Assembly (NCBI GenBank): GCA_001275005.1
Contig: JWZX01003375.1
Location: forward strand, 1 to 40,053
Direction of reading: 5' to 3'
DNA from: Chrysochromulina tobinii
Lineage: Eukaryota
DNA: 40,053 nucleotides
Shown here: piece by piece, positions 10,198 to 20,619 of the stretch
Layout: the number at the start of each line of letters is the position of its first letter
Position numbering within the stretch: the stretch's first letter is position 1
Notes under the pieces: generated by a model
Database searches by the model: none
What the model was told of the DNA's origin: nothing
What the model saw: only the letters and a program-made list of their open reading frames with translations
Position numbers and translations under genes: made by a program

Positions 10198-11385
10198 TCA
10201 CGCTGCGAGCGTCGCCCCCTTACGAACGGCGGGTCCTTCGTGCTGCAGCAGGTCGTCGATGCCCGTCGCGCCTCGCCCCTGCACTCGCGCCCTCCCAACG
10301 GCGCCTCCGTCGTTACTTCCGTGCACGTCGTCATATCCGGGTTCGTCATATCCGGGTTCGTCATATCCGGGTTCGTCATATCCTCCTCCCAAGCCGTCGT
10401 CGCTCGCCGCAGCGCGCCCAAACGGCGCGCGGCTGCCAACGGCCGCCGCGGCCGCGTACCCCACGTCCTCCTCGTGCGCGGCCGCTAAAGGGATGTCAGC
10501 AGCCGGCGGGTACGCGGGCGGGTACGATCCCTCCCGAAGCATGTGCGCAAGGGGCTTGGGGCCGCCGCTGCGCCGGCTGCGCATCTGTGCCTTCGACTCG
10601 TCCTCCCCACGCACCACCTCCGTGCGGTCTCGCTCGCTTGGGCGTGACGTGGCCGCATCGCGTGATCGGTCGTAGCTCGGCAATCTGCTCGAGGGGCGTG
10701 GCCTTGTCGCTGCCTCGCGTGCGCGGATCCTCTCGTTCTCAGCCATCTCGTCCCACATGCAGGCAAAGATGCACGCACCGACGGGGACGAAGACGCAGAT
10801 GAGGAGGAGCGCCAGGCGCCACCACGAGAACGCGCACCCGGTGCCGTGCGGCTTCAGAGCGAAGAAGAGCTCACATGCCGTGCACCCCTCCTCGAACGAG
10901 CAGCTCTTGCAGTTTTCTGCGCAGGGCACGCACTCGTGGATCTCGGGCATGCCGGGCTCGGCGGGCAGAGTGTACGTGAGCATGTGCCGCGTCTTGCACT
11001 CGTTGCACTTGCCCGCCCCAGCGGTGTCGCAATTGTCGCAGTGGGGCGCGCACTTCTCGCACTGAGGCTTCTCCAAGAAGCTTGTAACGAGTGTGTAGCC
11101 CTTCTGGCACGTGTCGCAGCTGCTCGGCCCGGCCTGGTGGCACAACGAGCAGCCCTGGCCGCACGGGGCGCACTGCTTTTCCTCCGTCACCGCGTACCCA
11201 TTGTGGCACACCTCGCACTGGTTCTTGTCGCCGCGCACGCATCGCTTGCACCGACCGACGCTGCACCGATTCTTATTCTTGCCCGAGCCGCGCTGTTTGC
11301 GCCGCTGCTGGGTGTTGGGGCCCGCCGCAGCGTCGGCTGTCGCACCCGCAATCACCAGCGCGAACAGGAGAAGCCGTCGCACCAT
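10198..11385 (-). CDS. Type I membrane protein with furin-like cysteine-rich (CxxC) repeats
   Basis: Signal peptide MVRRLLLFALVIAGATA; repeated C..C...C..C units; TM helix WWRLALLLICVFVPVGACIFACMW; cytoplasmic tail with GYDEP x3. Confidence 0.8.
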   Translation of the reverse strand: MVRRLLLFALVIAGATADAAAGPNTQQRRKQRGSGKNKNRCSVGRCKRCVRGDKNQCEVCHNGYAVTEEKQCAPCGQGCSLCHQAGPSSCDTCQKGYTLVTSFLEKPQCEKCAPHCDNCDTAGAGKCNECKTRHMLTYTLPAEPGMPEIHECVPCAENCKSCSFEEGCTACELFFALKPHGTGCAFSWWRLALLLICVFVPVGACIFACMWDEMAENERIRAREAATRPRPSSRLPSYDRSRDAATSRPSERDRTEVVRGEDESKAQMRSRRSGGPKPLAHMLREGSYPPAYPPAADIPLAAAHEEDVGYAAAAAVGSRAPFGRAAASDDGLGGGYDEPGYDEPGYDEPGYDDVHGSNDGGAVGRARVQGRGATGIDDLLQHEGPAVRKGATLAA

Positions 11386-11724
11386 CCTGTCGCCGACGCT
11401 CTCAACGCCCCGACGACGCGTCGGCGGCCCTGTCGTGCGGGACGAGGTGTGAAACCCCGTTGTTCGCTCCCCCCCCCCCCCACAAACCCCAACAGCTCAC
11501 AGACCGCAGCCGGCTCAGGGCACAGCGCGCACCCCACAGGCATGTGTCGGTCCCCCCGCACGCACAATGCGCATACATTACGCTACTTGTAAGGGTATGC
11601 ATATGCTAGACATGGGACCATGGGAGTGCACGCGACTCGCAATCAATTGTTGTACATGCACACGCACACACCGGAAGCCTGTGTACTGCCCGAGGGATAC
11701 CTCGCAAGTTCTGGGCGAGGTCGT

Positions 11725-11888
11725 GCTGTGTTGGGCGAGATCGCGCTCTGGCCACGAGCATCACGCGCTGTGTTGGGCGATATCGCGCTGTGTTGGGCGA
11801 GATCGCGCTCTGGCCACGAGCATCGCGCGCTGTGTTGGGCGATATCGCGCTGTGTTGGGCGAGATCGCGCTCTGGCCACGAGCATCGC
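11725..11888. repeat. Intergenic composite minisatellite (~62-bp unit made of 42 + 20 bp subunits sharing GCTGTGTTGGGCGA[G/T]ATCGC)
   Basis: Five copies of GCTGTGTTGGGCGA and three of GCTCTGGCCACGAGCATC. Confidence 0.9.
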
Positions 11889-12008
11889 GGGAGACCACTG
11901 GCGTGCTGTCGTCCATTGTCATGGCCGTTGGCGTGGCTATTGAGACATGGCCATCGGCTGTTGCCGGCGTGCTGCCGGGGGGGCGCCCAAGCCCCCTGCC
12001 CCGGCTCT

Positions 12009-13544
12009 CTACTCAAGCGTCGCGAAGAGCCCATCGCAGATTTGGATGCAGATGGCGGTGATGTCATCACGGTAATCCCCCTCCTCTTGGCGCCACTTGG
12101 CCGCAGCTGTCTCGATGAGCTTCGTGACCGCCTCCTGATGCGCGCACGCACGCCCATCAGGCCGGCAGGCACGCAATCACGCCGATCAGGCCGGCAGGCG
12201 CGCAATCACGCCCATCAGGCCGGCAGGCATCAGAGAGGGCGCGTAAGGGTCGCACCGCGCGCGCATCGCCCACCCCCCGGCTGCCGCGCATTTCGTGGGG
12301 CGGCCAAGCAGGGGCATTGGGGGGGCCAATCCGCAAGGGAAGTAGTGCGCGGGGACGCGGACGAGTTCACACCACTGTGAATTCACAGAGGGGTGGGTTC
12401 GCAGCGGGCGAGTGCACACCGTCGAGCCCTTGCTAATAAACTTGGCAATCAGGTCCACCGCCTGCTGCGAGTCGATGAATTCCCACACCCCATCGGAGGC
12501 GATCACAATGAACCCGCTCGCCAGGTTGTCAAAGTGCACGACCTGCATTCAGGGGCCGCCATCCGACGCCGCAATCAGGGCACTCACGAGGGCGCGCTCG
12601 ACGGGGCATCACGACGGCGCGCCATGGGGACATCAAGTCCCTCAAGAGACTCATAGGCCATCGAGAGGTCCCTCCGGCGTTCACACCTCGGGCTCGGCGA
12701 TCACACCAACGGTCTTGACGAGGTGGTCGCCGATGGATCGGGCCATCGCGAGGCCAGGCAGCGTCATCTCGGCGTCGATCCACACGCGTGCGGGACCGCC
12801 CCACTCCTCCTCGGGCGGCGACACGAAGCCACCCGCCTTTTTGATGCGCGCCATCTCGGCAGGAGTGTCCGGCTTTTGATCCTCTGTGAGGTTCTGTGCC
12901 TTGTAGCCTGACTTCTCTGTCGGCTGCGGCTGCGCCCACACCGCGCGCGAGTCGCCCACCCAGGCCAGCCAGGCCTCCCGTTTCGACCCCGTCTGCCGCA
13001 GCAGCATGGCCACCGCGGTCGTGCCGCTTAGCTCGGCGTCGATGGTTCGATCTGCCTTGAGCAACGCGTCCGTCTCCAGGAACGCTGTCCGGAGCGCTTC
13101 GGGCTCCTTGATGCCGGCAGTGAGCTTCTGCTCGACCAGATCCGCAACCTTCCTCATCGTGAACTCTGAAGCCTTGTCGCCCGACGCGCCGTGCCCGTCG
13201 TACACGCAGAAGAGCGCCTGCACATAACTTCCGTCCTCTGGCTCTGCAAAAGGAGTGACGACGCAGCCACGATCCTGGTTGATCTTGGCCTTCGCTCCCG
13301 TCGCACCCATTGGTTCGATGCCGTGGCACGAGTACGTGCCGCACAGCTCGGGGTTGAACGACACGGGCACTACAGATTTCTGCCCCATCTCTGGGCTCAC
13401 TGACAGCCGGCGTGCCTTGGGCTTGGAAGTGCCAGCGGGGGAGACCTGCATCGCTGCTGCCGCCTGGGCGAGATTCGCCGGATCCTGGTCCACCAGCGAG
13501 AGGCGTCGCCGCCGGAAGTCCTCATTACTCTTACCGCTCGCCAT
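12009..13544 (-). CDS. Protein phosphatase 2C (PPM family). Exons 13544-12687, 12542-12420, 12134-12009; 368 aa
   Basis: KINQDRG, FCVYDGHG, SGTTA, WVGDSRAV, GLAMARSIGD, IVIASDGVWEF, YRDDITAI; GT-AG introns restore the frame. Confidence 0.93.
12140..12232 (-). repeat. ~28-bp repeat x3 (GCCTGCCGGCCTGATGGGCGTGATTGCG) at the 3' end of PP2C intron 2
   Basis: Visible directly; the intron ends ...CGCGCATCAG. Confidence 0.85.
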
Positions 13545-13801
13545 GATGATGGCTTGCTGCTGCGACCCCTCGCGCACTCTCTGCGCTTTACGTGATGGGT
13601 GGCCGCGAAGCGTTCAACACGACTCGTACCGGGTAGAACTCGGATGAGAGGCAAGGCGCGGAGGTGGAGTGGTGGCTTTTCCAAACTCAGTTTTGAGGCG
13701 CTGCGTCGGTCGCGATTTGCGGCAAATGCTCCAATTCTCGCTCCACACCGCACGAGGAGGCCCAGGGGTGGCTCTCTGGTTTGGACGGCGCGGAAGGGTT
13801 T

Positions 13802-15289
13802 ATGCCAGGGGCTGGCATGGTGCCGCCGGGACCCAAAAAGCTCCCCAAGCCGCCACCGGGCGCTGCGCCTAAGCCAAAACATGGCGATCTCTCAAAGCCG
13901 GCTCCAAAGCCAGCTCCAAAGCTGGCGGGTAAGTCCAGTGCGGCCATGGGCGCGCCGAGCGAGGCGTCACCGCTCGAGGCAGCCGCCGCCGCCGCCGACA
14001 TTCGCCTCGTCCTCCAGCTGCTCCTCGCCGAGCTTGCCTCAGCGGATGAGGAGCTTGACGCAGCCCGAGGAGCGGCGCATGCCGCGGCGTCCGAGGTGTC
14101 AAACCTCGAGGAATCTGCCTCGGAGCTGCAGGCTGCGGCGGAGGCAGCAACGGAGGCGGCGACCAAGGCGGCAGCCCAGGCAGCATCGGCAGTCTCGGAG
14201 CGGCAGCAGCTGGCTATCGAGCTGGCTGCGACGCGCGAAGCGAGCCGCAAGGTGGCGCTCGAGCGCGACGCTGTGTCCGCCAAAGCGGAAGCCGCCGAGA
14301 GGCGTTTCAAGGACATTGAAGTTGAGCTCAAGGCAGCTCAAGCGACGCTGGCGGCACGCGAAGCGCAGCTACGAAGCACCGAGGGAACCCTCGCAGCGCA
14401 CAAGACGCAGCTGACCGAAGCAGAGGCACGACTCGCAGGGAACGCAAGGGCACTCGAGCAGCACGTGGGCCTGCTTGAAGAGCGCGCGAACGCCGCCCAA
14501 GCCGCCACCCGCGAGAGGGTCAGGGAGCTCGAAGCGCAGGCCAATACGCGGGTGGGGCATGCAGAAGGGCGGGCGGCACAAGCGGAGGCCCAAGCCGACC
14601 AGCAGCGGCGCCATGACGAGCGCCGGCTGCTTGAGCTCGCCCTCGAGCTGAAATCTCGGGAGCTCGAGATCGCAACCGTACGCCAAGCTCTTTCAGACGA
14701 GCGTGCGGGCCGGCTGGCGGCGCAGATGGCGCACGAGCGCTGCTTGGCCGAGAAGGACGAGGAGCTGCGACGCGAGCGCCTCACGATGGCTGAGAAGGAC
14801 GAGGAGCTGCGGCGTGCAAGGCGCGAGCCAGCCGCGCCGAGGGATCCACTCTCATCTACCAAGTACCCCACCAAGCCACATCAAGAGGATGTGCTGCAGC
14901 CGCTCTTGCAAGTGCGTTTCGAGCGCGAGGCATGGGCGCAGCACATGAGGGCAGAGCTTGAAGAAGCTAGGCAGGCCGAGAAGGTCTTGTACCAGCGTCT
15001 CGCGCATCAGGAAGCCGCGACGGCCGAGGCGGAGGCCAAGGCACAGGCGTTCCGAGTGGCACTCGACGTTGCGCAAGAGATGCGGAAGCACAGTAAGAGT
15101 GCCGAGCTGTCCTTGTTGATGGCCGAAGATAGGCAATGGCCGCTGAGGAGCACCGGGGAGCTGACGCCAGATGAGGCGCTCGACAAAGCGCTTGACGAGG
15201 CTCTCAAAGAGGCGCTCGGTACAGGCAAGAACCAACTCGTAAAGAAAAACAGCAGAGGGGGGGGCTGCTTCCCTTTTGGAGTACTTTGA
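13802..15289 (+). CDS. Long coiled-coil protein with Pro/Lys-rich N-terminus, function unknown
   Basis: About 495-aa ORF rich in A/E/R/L heptads; AEKDEELRR occurs twice; divergent from PP2C. Confidence 0.75.
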   Translation: MPGAGMVPPGPKKLPKPPPGAAPKPKHGDLSKPAPKPAPKLAGKSSAAMGAPSEASPLEAAAAAADIRLVLQLLLAELASADEELDAARGAAHAAASEVSNLEESASELQAAAEAATEAATKAAAQAASAVSERQQLAIELAATREASRKVALERDAVSAKAEAAERRFKDIEVELKAAQATLAAREAQLRSTEGTLAAHKTQLTEAEARLAGNARALEQHVGLLEERANAAQAATRERVRELEAQANTRVGHAEGRAAQAEAQADQQRRHDERRLLELALELKSRELEIATVRQALSDERAGRLAAQMAHERCLAEKDEELRRERLTMAEKDEELRRARREPAAPRDPLSSTKYPTKPHQEDVLQPLLQVRFEREAWAQHMRAELEEARQAEKVLYQRLAHQEAATAEAEAKAQAFRVALDVAQEMRKHSKSAELSLLMAEDRQWPLRSTGELTPDEALDKALDEALKEALGTGKNQLVKKNSRGGGCFPFGVL

Positions 15290-15545
15290 AGCTTTACGCA
15301 TTACCGATTACGGACGAAAGAAGAAATCTGAAATGTATGTGTATCGTAGAACACGCCGAACCCCTGGCCGGGCCGGGCTGCGGGAGCTCGGCTGCTGCTC
15401 GTTCGATCCCATCCCGACGCGATCGGTCTCGGCATGTACCATGTTCCCGGTAGTTCCGGGATCGCGCTCGCGGGACCGGGGACGCGGGCGCGGCCGCGCC
15501 GGGCGCGCCTTCGACATGATACACGAAAATCCTTAATTTGGTATA

Positions 15546-16167
15546 ATGCATGCAGGATCCTTTGACCGATTTGCCAATTTGGGGCTCTCGAACTACGAAC
15601 ATAATGCTGCTGGTACGGATATGGACATTGCCATCTCCTCGGACCCCTACCTTCCTGCGAGATCAAAAGACGCCTTGAACCAGGCTGACCGCCGCCCCAC
15701 CTCCCGATTGCCCCACCGCCCCACCGTGCGCCCAGGTGGGCCTGGCCGCAGTGCTCCTGGGATATTCCACCCATCCTGACGAACACATTGTGATCCCTAC
15801 TCTGAGCAGCCCGTATGGGAGCTTCTTGAGGATGGAGGCTGTAAAGGAGGACTCGAATGGGGCGAGTTTCAACACGCTGCTTCCGTGGGCAGTGGAGGCC
15901 AAGGTGGCGCGGGCGCAGGCGGCGGAGGAGGAGGCCCAGGCGGAGGAGGCGCGGGCGGCACAGGCGGCCGCGGAGGCGGAGGCGCGGGCGGCACAGGCGA
16001 CTGCGGAGGAGGCGACGGCGACACGGCTCGTAGCTCGAAGCGAGGCCCAGCAGTCTGTGGCGACTACCGAGGCTCGTCATGCGGTTGACAGCCTGGCCGA
16101 GACGGCAGGACGACCTCACGCGACCGTCTTCCTCAAGAGACATTCGCACTCAAGGGAAGTCCTCTGA
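15546..16167 (+). CDS. Hypothetical protein or gene fragment. Exons 15546-15683, 15736-16167
   Basis: Candidate 52-nt GC-AG intron (CCAG|GCTGA...GATTGCCCC...CCAG|) joins two ORFs in frame; Ala/Glu helical repeat. Confidence 0.4.
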
Positions 16168-16692
16168 GCTACAGCTGGCGCTGCTCTCGCGCGGCATCCA
16201 CGGTACGGCATGAAAAGGACCAGGCGTGAGGCGACGAGAGCTGCTGCCTTTCGACGCACCGATGATGTACTAGTATGATCTGTTCTGGAGTGCGCTTGAC
16301 CTCTGAGTAACCTCTCAACAAGGCACACTCTTCAGTGTGAGTGTGCACTGTTCAGTTGCGCATGCTGTATGTGCCAGGAGTGGCCACACCGCAGTCACCG
16401 GTCCGGTACGGGCACCGGACGGCGGCCCGGACTACACGCTAGCGGTGGCTGCCATCCTTTGCGGGACGGTTGCCTCAACATCGTGTTTACTTTGGTATAT
16501 TTGGTAGGATATCACGATCTTACAACATCACCTCAACGTATCTCCGCGCAGTCACGCGTCCCGTCGCTCTAGACGTCGAGACACTACGTTATCTGCGCGA
16601 GGCGACCTTGGACCGAGCCCGGGGTCGAACGAGCCGCCTGCAACCCGTACAACGGTACAAGAGCTGGCCCTTTTTGCAGCGGCTCTTTGTAC

Positions 16693-17517
16693 TTACCGGA
16701 TCCGGCGAAGGCCAATATCGGCCTGGTTGCCTCCGGCCAAGGGCGACATTGTGATGTACGCGACCTCCCAGTCGCTCGCATACCTTGCGAGGAACTCGTG
16801 CGTCGCGTGAATGATGCCGTACACACCCCATCGGCCTCGTTGCGCCAGGAAGACGGTCTCAAACAGGTAGTAGTCGTTGAGTGCCATCAGCCCGCCGATC
16901 TTCACCTTTGGACGCGCCGCCTCGAGGTCGCCGCACACGCCCTTGTAGTTGTGATCGCCATCGACGTAGATGAGGTCCTGGCTGTCGTCTGGCAGCTTGG
17001 CTAGGAGCGCCTTCGAGTCGCCAAGCTGGCACGTGAGCGCGGCACCTACCTCGGCCGCTGTGCGTTGAGTCTTGCTGGCGCACTCCTTGATTGCGTACCC
17101 TGAGACGTCCATCGCGACCGCGGAAATGGGGCGCAGCTGCCGCAACATCCAGCGTGTGAACGCGCCGGTCAGTGTGCCCACCTCGACGAGGCTGCCGTTG
17201 CGAGGAACCAGGATGTCCAGTGCGTGGTTGCGGTCGGCGAAGACGCGTGAGTGGGCAGGCACGGAACCCAGTGGGACGCGTGGCGGCGGCATCGCCAGCA
17301 GCGAGCATATGTCTGAACGAGACAGGTCCGTGCGAGAGCACGGAATCTTAGGCAGCGGCAGTACTGCGGTGCCCAGCTTGCCGTTGCACCTGCTCATGTT
17401 GTGGATACCCTTTTCAGTGTTCTCTTCGTCACCTCTATCGTCCTGGCCTGCCACCGAGGCCGCGAGCAGCAGCATGAGCCAATTACAATGCCGAACGCAA
17501 TGTCGCAAGCTCCGCAT
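16693..17517 (-). CDS. Class I SAM-dependent methyltransferase (Methyltransf_24-like), probably secretory pathway
   Basis: Motif I VEVGTLTG, DLIYVDGDHNY, GGLMALNDY; hydrophobic N-terminus (alternative start MLLLAASVAG). Confidence 0.85.
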   Translation of the reverse strand: MRSLRHCVRHCNWLMLLLAASVAGQDDRGDEENTEKGIHNMSRCNGKLGTAVLPLPKIPCSRTDLSRSDICSLLAMPPPRVPLGSVPAHSRVFADRNHALDILVPRNGSLVEVGTLTGAFTRWMLRQLRPISAVAMDVSGYAIKECASKTQRTAAEVGAALTCQLGDSKALLAKLPDDSQDLIYVDGDHNYKGVCGDLEAARPKVKIGGLMALNDYYLFETVFLAQRGRWGVYGIIHATHEFLARYASDWEVAYITMSPLAGGNQADIGLRRIR

Positions 17518-17728
17518 GTCGTTGCGACGGGAGTCGCATGGTTGGTGGCGTTGACGTGCCGGTCCAATTTATATGACGCACTACTATGATTTCGACATTT
17601 GATTTGAGTTTGCATACGAAAAGCCCTATGGGGGCCGGTGAGACAAAAGACAACTTATCTTTATGCCCCAGCTTCCCCTACGATGGGATCAAAACAGAAC
17701 GCGTACTTTGCGTTCGGGCTCGACGCCT

Positions 17729-19352
17729 CTACAAGTAGAGACCGTGCGCCCTCGGCCTCGCGCCTGCCTCGAGGGTACCGAGCAGTGTGCCGCTCGTTGG
17801 TCCTAGGCGCTCCTCGAGGCATTGAAGGGGGGCAGCAGCGTCGGGGGCGCCGTCGCGAGTACTCTCGCCATGAAGGCCATTCTTCAAGGCGGCTTGGCGC
17901 TCGAGGGGTGCGAGGCCCCTGGTGGCTGCTTCGGGGGCGCCGTCGCGAGTCGTCTCACTCCTCATGGTCTGTGCAGACCGCGTCGGTGCCACGTGGCCGC
18001 TCGCCGACGACGCAGCCGCATGCCCAGGCACCATCGCGGGCGCCGTCTCGGGCGCCATCCCAAGCTGCTGTCGCACGACGGCCAAGTTCGTGTGAACTCT
18101 TGGGTCCCTCCACTCGAGCGCGCGCGCTCGCTCGTACAGCGCGAGCGCCTGCGGCAGCTCGTGCCGCTCGTGTGCCGCAACGGCCTGATCGTAGAGCAGC
18201 TCGTGGTCCTGGTCGTCGCAGAGTGCGCGCGCCAGCACTAAGCATCGAAGCTCTGTCTCGTCGTCTCCCTCGTCCGCCGCCCGCTGCGCTCGCGCCTTAA
18301 AGTACCTCACGTGCTCGCCGTACCTGGAGGCACACTCAGAGGTACAGTCAGAGGCAAAGTCAGAGGCAAAGTCAGAGGCACTCGCCGCACTTCATCTGCT
18401 CCGCAATAATGAACAAGACAAGTCAGAGGCACTCGCCGCACTTCATCTGCTCCGCAATAATGAACAAGACAAGCACCCAACGCTGTCCCGACTCGATCGC
18501 ATGGCCGGCGTGCCGTAACGCAGAGGCCTGCATCAGCGCGTGCCCGCGCGGCAGCACGACCGCAGACCCCAGGCTCTCCATGTACGTGCCTCCCCCCGTG
18601 TACTCGCTCATGTCGTTCAGCGGCACCACACACGTCACCAGTGCTCCGTCTCGGTGCACCTTTTGGTGCGTCAGCCCGGCCGCATATTCATACTGCACCA
18701 CGAGAGCGCGGTAGATGAGAAGGTCCTTGGCAGGCCCGATCGCCCACTCGCCAAAGCACTTGCCTGCCAGCGCGGCCACGCGCGGCATCCCAACGTTGTT
18801 GAGCCACGCGAGCGTTAACGGCAGCGAGGCCACGGCTAGGTTGCGATTGGTATCGGCGAGTGTGAAGCCCGAGCCAGCGCCGCCGCCACGGATGTGCGCC
18901 GTCCCCTCGTCAATGATGGCCTGGCACTCTTGCTCCGAGAAGAGTGGTGCCTCCGTCTGGAAGAGGAGCGGCAGCGGCGACGTTCCGTGTGGGTCGTGCG
19001 CCGCAAAAGGGCAAGCGCTGCCCATGCCAGTGGCTCTACGGTCCACTTCGTAGCCTGTGACGGGCGGGAGCTCGGCAACAGGAGGCAACAGCTTTATGCG
19101 CGTGTAGCCGAGCTGAGGCGACTGGCTAACGTCTCGAGCATGTGCGGCCAAGTTGCGCCTGAGGCTCAGCCACTCATTCGCAAGAAGCTGCTTCGTATCG
19201 CCGAGATGGGTTTGGCATGATGCTGCTGCTGCTGCTGCTGACAGGTGGCACGAGGCTCGACGACGTTGTGCCGTATCTGCGCCACTAGTGCACACGGAGA
19301 TCGAGGTCCGCAACGCCGCGCAGAGATGGAGGCATATCAAGATGCAGGCCAT
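17729..19352 (-). CDS. 2OG-Fe(II) oxygenase (prolyl/lysyl hydroxylase-like) with TPR-like helices. Exons 19352-18442, 18323-17729; 501 aa
   Basis: HRD...VPLND..Y.GGGT...HAG..I.SGQRWVLVLF facial-triad pattern. Exon 2 has ALALYERARALEWRDPRVHTNLAVV (TPR-like). Splicing gives MK|YGEHVRYF. Confidence 0.82.
18370..18471. repeat. 51-bp perfect tandem duplication spanning the exon 1/intron junction of the oxygenase gene
   Basis: 18370-18420 is identical to 18421-18471. Confidence 0.92.
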
Positions 19353-19734
19353 CCTCTGTAGAGGCCTCTTCTTCCATGACTTCCATGACCTGCGCCGACC
19401 CGAGAGAAGAAACTAGAAGCTCGGGAGTCGCCTTATTTGGATACAGCGGGAACAAAATAAATGGCGGTGGCCACACTGAAACGCACCACGTCCCCTCCAG
19501 GAAGCCTCCAACAGAAAGTACAGACTCAACGTTCGCCAAACACAGATCCCACGCGCCTTAAAGGCGACTGACCACAGTCAGGTCTGACGGGTGAATGCGG
19601 TCCGGGCAAACCTCCCCTGCACCCGACCCAGCGTGAGCTCGCGCCCCGCGTAAGGTATGGTGCACCATCGTGACGGCGCGCTTCGCCCGTGGCCGTCACT
19701 GTCGCCGCCGCTCTCGTACTTTCCGAGGTCTCTT

Positions 19735-20220
19735 CTACTTGCCGTTCTGCAGGTTGCAGCTCTTGAATGCGTCAAAGAGGTGACGGCACTGATCGAGGTT
19801 GTCGCCGGTCGAGGACATGCACATCATAAACTCCTTGTGCTGCATCATGCACGGATCCACGGTCGACGGAGGCGCGCCGTACTGAGGGGACTGTGCCCAC
19901 GCCTGAGCAGGCGTGGGTTGCTGGGCGGCAGCGGGCTGCGCGGCGGGAGCGCCACCGCTCATCATGCCCGACAAGCTGTGGCCAATCATGGAGCCCGCCA
20001 TGCTGCCGGCCATGGACGATGCCATCGTGCCCATCATGCCCATACCTCCGCCGCCGGAAGGCTGCATCATGGGCGGCGCAGCCTGGGACCCGTAGGTGGC
20101 TGGCGGAGCCGCATGTTGCTGAGCGGCAGCCTGGCGTGCTGCAGTATTGTTCTGGAACCGAGGACCTGGCGGCGGAGCCGGCGGAGCCGGCGCAGCAGCC
20201 TTCTTCTTGCCCATGCCCAT
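19735..20220 (-). CDS. CHCHD2: CHCH domain mitochondrial protein (CHCHD2/CHCHD10/Mix17-like)
   Basis: GMMGTMASSMAGSMAGSMIGHSL central helix plus a C-terminal twin CX9C motif. Confidence 0.85.
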   Translation of the reverse strand: MGMGKKKAAAPAPPAPPPGPRFQNNTAARQAAAQQHAAPPATYGSQAAPPMMQPSGGGGMGMMGTMASSMAGSMAGSMIGHSLSGMMSGGAPAAQPAAAQQPTPAQAWAQSPQYGAPPSTVDPCMMQHKEFMMCMSSTGDNLDQCRHLFDAFKSCNLQNGK

Positions 20221-20619
20221 GGTTACGCTTTTCGCTGAAGGCTCTGGACGTTCTCGTTCGGCGACACGTGCGCGATATCTCCCCAAACATGACGAAACGT
20301 GTGATTACATTTGGAGGGGGAAGGATCACAGTGTGAAACCGCAAGCGCAGCACTCGCTGGACCAGAAGCAGAACTTACCCTCCCACATCGACCCGATTCG
20401 CACTCACAACGTTACCGCGAACACGAGAAGCCTGACGGGCTCGGGGCGGGGTAGACCCCGGGGCTCCGAGCGGGGCGAGCGGACCAAGAGGCAACCCCCG
20501 GCAGGGAAGCAACGGCAAGCAATGCGCCGCAGACGGATCGCGCAGAATAGACACAACACGTCGCCACGACACTACACGCGCGCAGTAGAAGTGGGGTCCT
20601 GTAGTGTGCATGAGAACGC

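Noticed and set aside
7574..11888. Tandem arrays as CRISPR
   Set aside because: No unique spacers and no cas genes; eukaryotic intronic or intergenic context.
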